Positions 59,001-64,000 of a stretch of 64,000 nt of DNA are shown here, piece by piece; position 1 is the first letter of the stretch; every line of letters starts with the position of its first letter. The notes under the pieces are model-generated. The model saw only the letters and a list, made by a program, of their open reading frames with translations, did no database searches and was not told the DNA's origin. The translations under genes were made by a program, and so were the position numbers. This stretch comes from Eledone cirrhosa. Lineage: Eukaryota. Location of the stretch: NCBI GenBank assembly GCA_964016885.1, contig OZ024742.1, positions 354,454,001 through 354,518,000 on the forward strand, read 5' to 3'.

Positions 59001-60679
59001 ATTAAGTTAAAAATGTACATCTACATATGCATACTGAAATACTAGTGTGTATATGAATACACACACGTATACATATGTAGGTGTAACAAGTCTTTCACTG
59101 GTTGCTTTACTGTGAGCAAACCCAGCTATTCTGTATGTAAACACACAGACAAACCTGTTTTTAGAGTCAAACTGGTTTTCGGGGGAACACCTTCCCTCTA
59201 TTTTCCAGAAAGCCAGACAAGGAATATTGAACTAGTTTGGTTGTTGTTACAACTCATCAGCAATATTTACCTATCTACCGGCCCTTCTGGAGAATTGTAA
59301 AAGCACATATCGTTATATGCTTTTTCTATGAAAATTAGTAGTGGGCAGACTAATTTGCATAGAGTGTGAGTACGCACCGGTTCAGCGGAGACGATAAAAA
59401 CAAATAACGAAACGAAATTAAATTTCGTTTCATTTGTAACTCACTTTTGTATGACTGACGCTTAAACAATTAAGTTAAAAATGTACATCTACATATGCAT
59501 ACTGAAATACTAGTGTGTATATGAATACACCCACGTATACATATGTAGGTGTAACAAGTCTTTCACTGGTTGCTTTACTGTGAGCAAACCCAGCTATTCT
59601 GTATGTAAACACACAGACAAACCGGTTTTTAGAGTCATACTGGTTTTCGGGGGAACACCTTCCCTCTATTTTCCAGAAAGCCAGACAAGGAATATTGAAC
59701 TAGTTTCGTTGTTGTTACAACTCATCAGCAATATTTACATATCTACCGGCCCGTCTGGAGAATTGTAAAAGCACATATCGTTATATGCTTTTTCTATGAA
59801 AATTAGTAGTGGGCAGACTAATATGCATAGAGTGTGAGTACGCACCGGTTCAGCGGAGACGATAAAAACAAATAACGAAACGAAATTAAATTTCGTTTCA
59901 TTTGTAACTCAATTTTGTATGACTGACGCTTAAACAATTAAGTTAAAAATGTACATCTACATATGCATACTGAAATACTAGTGTGTATATGAATACACAC
60001 ACGTATACATATGTAGGTGTAACAAGTCTTTCACTGGTTGCTTTACTGTGAGCAAACCCAGCTATTCTGTATGTAAACACACAGACAAACCTGTTTTTAG
60101 AGTCATACTGGTTTTCGGGGGAACACCTTCCCTCTATTCTCCAGAAAGCCAGACAAGGAATATTGAACTAGTTTCGTTGTTGTTACAACTCATCAGCAAT
60201 ATTTGTTTTTATCGTCTCCGCTGAACCGGTGCGTACTCACACTCTATGCAAATTATTCTTGTCTGGCTTTCTGGAAAATAGAGGGAAGGTGTTCCCCCGA
60301 AAACCAGTATGATTCTAAAAACCGGTTTGTCTGTGTGTTTACATACAGAATAGCTGGGTTTGCTCACAGTAAAGCAACCAGTGAAAGACTTGTTACACCT
60401 ACATATGTATACGTGTGTGTATTCATATACACACTAGTATTTCAGTATGCATATGTAGATGTACATTTTTAACTTAATTGTTTAAGCGTCAGTCATACAA
60501 AAGTGAGTTACAAATGAAACGAAATTTAATTTCGTTTCGTTATTTGTTTTTATCGTCTCCGCTGAACCGGTGCGTACTCACACTCTATGCAAATTAGTCT
60601 GCCCACTACTAATTTTCATAGAAAAAGCATATAACGATATGTGCTTTTACAATTCTCCAGAAGGGCCGGTAGATAGGTA

Positions 60680-60724
60680 AATATTGCTGATGAGTTGTAA
60701 CAACAACGAAACTAGTTCAATATT
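60680..60724 (+). ncRNA. Minimal type I hammerhead (inverted arm)
   Basis: aatattgCTGATGAgttgtaacaacaacGAAActagTTcaatatt; predicted cleavage after 60717. Confidence 0.88.
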
Positions 60725-61147
60725 CATTGTCTGGCTTTGTGGAGAATAGAGGGAAGGTTTTCCCCCGAAAACCAGTATGACTCTAAAAACCGGTTTGTCT
60801 GTGTGTTTACATACAGAATAGCTGGGTTTGCTCACAGTAAATCAACCAGTGAAAGACTTGTTACACCTACATATGTATACGTGTGTGTATTCATATACAC
60901 ACTAGTATTTCAGTATGCATATGTAGATGTACATTTTTAACTTAATTGTTTAAGCGTCAGTCATACAAAAGTGAGTTACAAATGAAACGAAATTTAATTT
61001 CGTTTCGTTATTTGTTTTTATCGTCTCCGCTGAACCGGTGCGTACTCACACTCTATGCAAATTAGTCTGCCCACTACTAATTTTCATAGAAAAAGCATAT
61101 AACGATATGTGCTTTTACAATTCTCCAGAAGGGCCGGTAGATAGGTA

Positions 61148-61192
61148 AATATTGCTGATGAGTTGTAACAACAACGAAACTAGTTCAATATT
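61148..61192 (+). ncRNA. Minimal type I hammerhead (inverted arm)
   Basis: Identical to 60680-60724. Confidence 0.88.
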
Positions 61193-61496
61193 CCTTTTCT
61201 GGCTTTATGGAGAATAGAGGGAAGGTGTTCCCCCGAAAACCAGTATGATTCTAAAAACCGGTTTGTCTGTGTGTTTACATACAGAATAGCTGGGTTTGCT
61301 CACAGTAAAGCAACCAGTGAAAGACTTGTTACACCTACATATGTATACGTGTGTGTATTCATATACACGCTAGTATTTCAGTATGCATATGTAGATGTAC
61401 ATTTTTAACTTAATTGTTTAAGCGTCAGTCATACAAAAGTGAGTTACAAATGAAACGAAATTTAATTTCGTTATTTGTTTTCATATATATATATAT

Positions 61497-62620
61497 ATTG
61501 TTATACTTTGGGAGGGTCATGTTGCCAATAAGAAACATACGCACCAATTACATTCACTTCAATTTATTATAAATTAAATTTTAAATTTAGGAATATATAA
61601 ATTTCCGTTTGGTTGGTTGGTTGGTTTCACAACCAGACGATTGTTCATATATTATCAAAGTTTTTTCGTCACGCATTCTGTGACCTCTTCAGTGACTGGG
61701 ATTATTTTCGATGTTTTTGTGCCTCTCCTTTGTTCTGCTCTATGCCATCTTGTTTTTGTGTGTGTTGCGTGCTTAGTTTGCGCATGTGTTACATCCGGGT
61801 GTCTGTGTGTGTTTATATGTGTTTATTTATTTGTTTATTTACTTATTACTAGTTTGTTGTTTGTTCTATGTGTGTGTGTGTTTTCATTTTATCCTTAATT
61901 GTAAGTTTTGATGTTGCTAATCCATTCATGTTTTCGATTTAATTTTGTTTGGAGTTCATTTATGTTTATTGCCTCTGTGATTTGTCTAAACATTGCGTCT
62001 TTTCTGTGTGTAGGTTCTATTTTTATTTCTATGTTCTCTAATTTACCCTTATGTTCTATTTTAGCATGTTGGTGGGGTACAGATGATTCTTTACTATCTT
62101 GAAACACTCGCCAGTGTTCATTTATCCGTTCCCACATACTACGAACTGTCTCACCTATGTGCACTATATTCTTATCTCTACATTGTCCTTCAGTACATCT
62201 TATGCTATATACTACATTTCTAGCTTTACACTTAATATGGAGGCTTAATTTACAGATTATACATTTCTTATCAATACAGGGAGGTCTTTGAAAAGGGTTT
62301 GTATTGCTAATAATATGATGGCGTAGGACAGAACAAAGGAGAGGCACAAAACAAAGAAAAAATCCCTAGTCACTGAAGAGGTCACAAAATGTGTGACGAA
62401 AGAACTTTGACAATATATGAACTATCGTCTGGTGGTGGAACCAACCAACCTGAAATTCATAAATTCCTAAATTTAAAATTTAATTTATAATAAATTGAAG
62501 TGAAAGCATCTGGTGCGTGTGTTTCTTATTGGCAACATGACCCTCCCAAAGTATAACAATATCGGTTTCAACACGCAGTCTCAGATAAAGTATCTTGCTA
62601 AACAAATTCACATACGATAT
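61497..62620 (-). mobile_element. PLE family B, truncated: GIY-YIG plus pLTR on minus (61497-62313) and a short inverted pLTR on plus (62316-62620)
   Basis: NTNPFQRPPCIDKKCIICK..NVVYSIRC..HIGETVRSMWERINEH..FRQITEAINI. Homologous to 44460-47365. Confidence 0.88.
62369..62411 (+). ncRNA. Minimal hammerhead in the family-B pLTR (best copy)
   Basis: gtca CTGAAGA g gtcaca aaatg tgtgac GAAA gaac T T tgac. Confidence 0.72.
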
Positions 62621-62697
62621 ATATATATATATATACTCTTTTACTCTTTTACCTGTTTCAGCCATACGGCTGAGGCCATGCTGGGGCACCGCCCTTG

Positions 62698-62768
<71 letters not shown>

Positions 62769-62769
62769 G

Positions 62770-62855
<86 letters not shown>

Positions 62856-63162
62856 TTATATATATACATATATAAATAGATTAGTAATGATATATATATG
62901 TGTATGTGTATTGGTCTGTGTGCGTGTGTGTGTGTTTGTGGGAGGGTGTGGAATAGGTTTTCCTATGTACACAGAGAGAGAGATATATATGGTTGAACAT
63001 ATATTCAACGACATGCATATATATGTATATATATAAATGGATATTATTATTATTATCAATATTATTATTATTATTATTCTCTACATTCCTTACATTAAAC
63101 TAAAATATGTTGACAATCTTTTAATAATGTCTTCCTTGTGAAATTTGTGGTCTTAACTAATG

Positions 63163-63223
<61 letters not shown>

Positions 63224-63284
63224 TAGAAAGTGAGGTTTTTTTTACAAAATGAAAAATAACCGAGGTGTCCTACACGAGTGAAAG

Positions 63285-63581
63285 TATAAAGAAAAAGAGA
63301 TGAAATCGAAAATGCAACTGGAGTCTTATTTTTAAAAAAAATATATATATTTATTTGGTTCCTTTGCCGGTTCCGCAGTTCTTCTGCTTTTCAAAAGGTG
63401 AGTTGAGATGGAGGGTCAGTGGTTTTTCTCACATCTCTATTGTGAGAAAAACCACAGACCCTCCATCTCAACTCACCCTTTGAAGAGCAGAAGAATGCGA
63501 AACCGGTAAAGGAACCAAATAATTATATATATTTAAAAAAAAAATAAGACTCCAGTTGCATTTTCGATTTCATCTCTTTTT

Positions 63582-63588
<7 letters not shown>
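63285..63588. mobile_element. ~300-bp palindromic element with HHR-like motifs in both arms
   Basis: Plus arm 63476-63512 reads ccct TTGAAGA gcag aagaa tgc GAAA ccgg T A aagg. Minus arm reads cctt TTGAAAA gcag aagaa ctgc GGAA ccgg CA aagg. Confidence 0.75.
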
Positions 63589-63648
<60 letters not shown>

Positions 63649-64000
63649 GTACATTTTTTCTTCTAACAACTTTGATTGTGTACCTAATTGTGTATGTTAA
63701 CTATATGTCTAGTCAATTTCTACGGGCTGTTAGAAATACTGGGTATATCTTCTGTGGCTGTGGATCGCGGATAACATAGATATCATTTATTTGTCTATTG
63801 TTTCTTCATAGATACATGTTAAACTTATAGCCTCGTTTAATTGATTTTTATGTGGTTTCATTATGCTGATTGGGAGAAGAAATACTGTATATATTTTATC
63901 AAATGATTCTATGGACTTACTTTCTTATATATTGCTCTGATTGTTGATTATTTAATTGATTAATTCGTCATTGAGCCACACCCTGAAAGGTTGCCAAAAA

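Larger units (their letters stand above)
55724..61481. repeat. 468-bp hammerhead-containing satellite (non-LTR retrozyme-like): ~9.6 units plus ~2.7 inverted units
   Basis: Exact 468-bp period (aattaagttaaaaatg at 55724, 56192, ...). Orientation flips at ~60204. Units differ by only a few substitutions. Confidence 0.95.

Noticed and set aside
55836-59768. Repeated 62-aa ORF (MSKPSYSVCKH...)
   Set aside because: It starts at GTG, is antisense to the HHR, has no recognisable domain, and many unit variants change the amino acid. It is a by-product of the satellite.
55724-61481. CRISPR array or 5S/tRNA/snRNA gene array
   Set aside because: Eukaryotic context, no unique spacers, and no recognisable 5S, tRNA or U-snRNA sequence in the unit.

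Overview
AT-rich animal non-coding DNA, probably cephalopod (octopus-like; inferred from the SINE families and the extreme (TA)n content). I can support no host protein-coding gene. Most ORFs in the track are microsatellite artefacts. The window is dominated by Penelope-like retroelements (PLEs) of at least two types: CxCx5C-linker Hydra-like elements and CCHH Neptune/Nematis-like elements. Their inverted pseudo-LTRs, (TA)n-flanked palindromic derivatives, tRNA-derived SINEs and RTE/CRE LINE fragments fill most of the rest. The main signal is a dense set of type I hammerhead ribozymes (HHRs), found by hand-folding. (1) A 468-bp satellite at 55.7-61.5 kb has a minimal HHR in each unit (12 copies, 10 with an intact core) and a nearby octamer motif. 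It looks like a non-LTR retrozyme array and is arranged as a PLE-like inversion. (2) Two further HHR-bearing tandem families occur, with ~322-bp and ~434-bp units. (3) About ten other HHR families sit in pLTRs and palindromes. Several families share unusual core variants, namely U3-A8 covariation or a U.U pair closing stem II.
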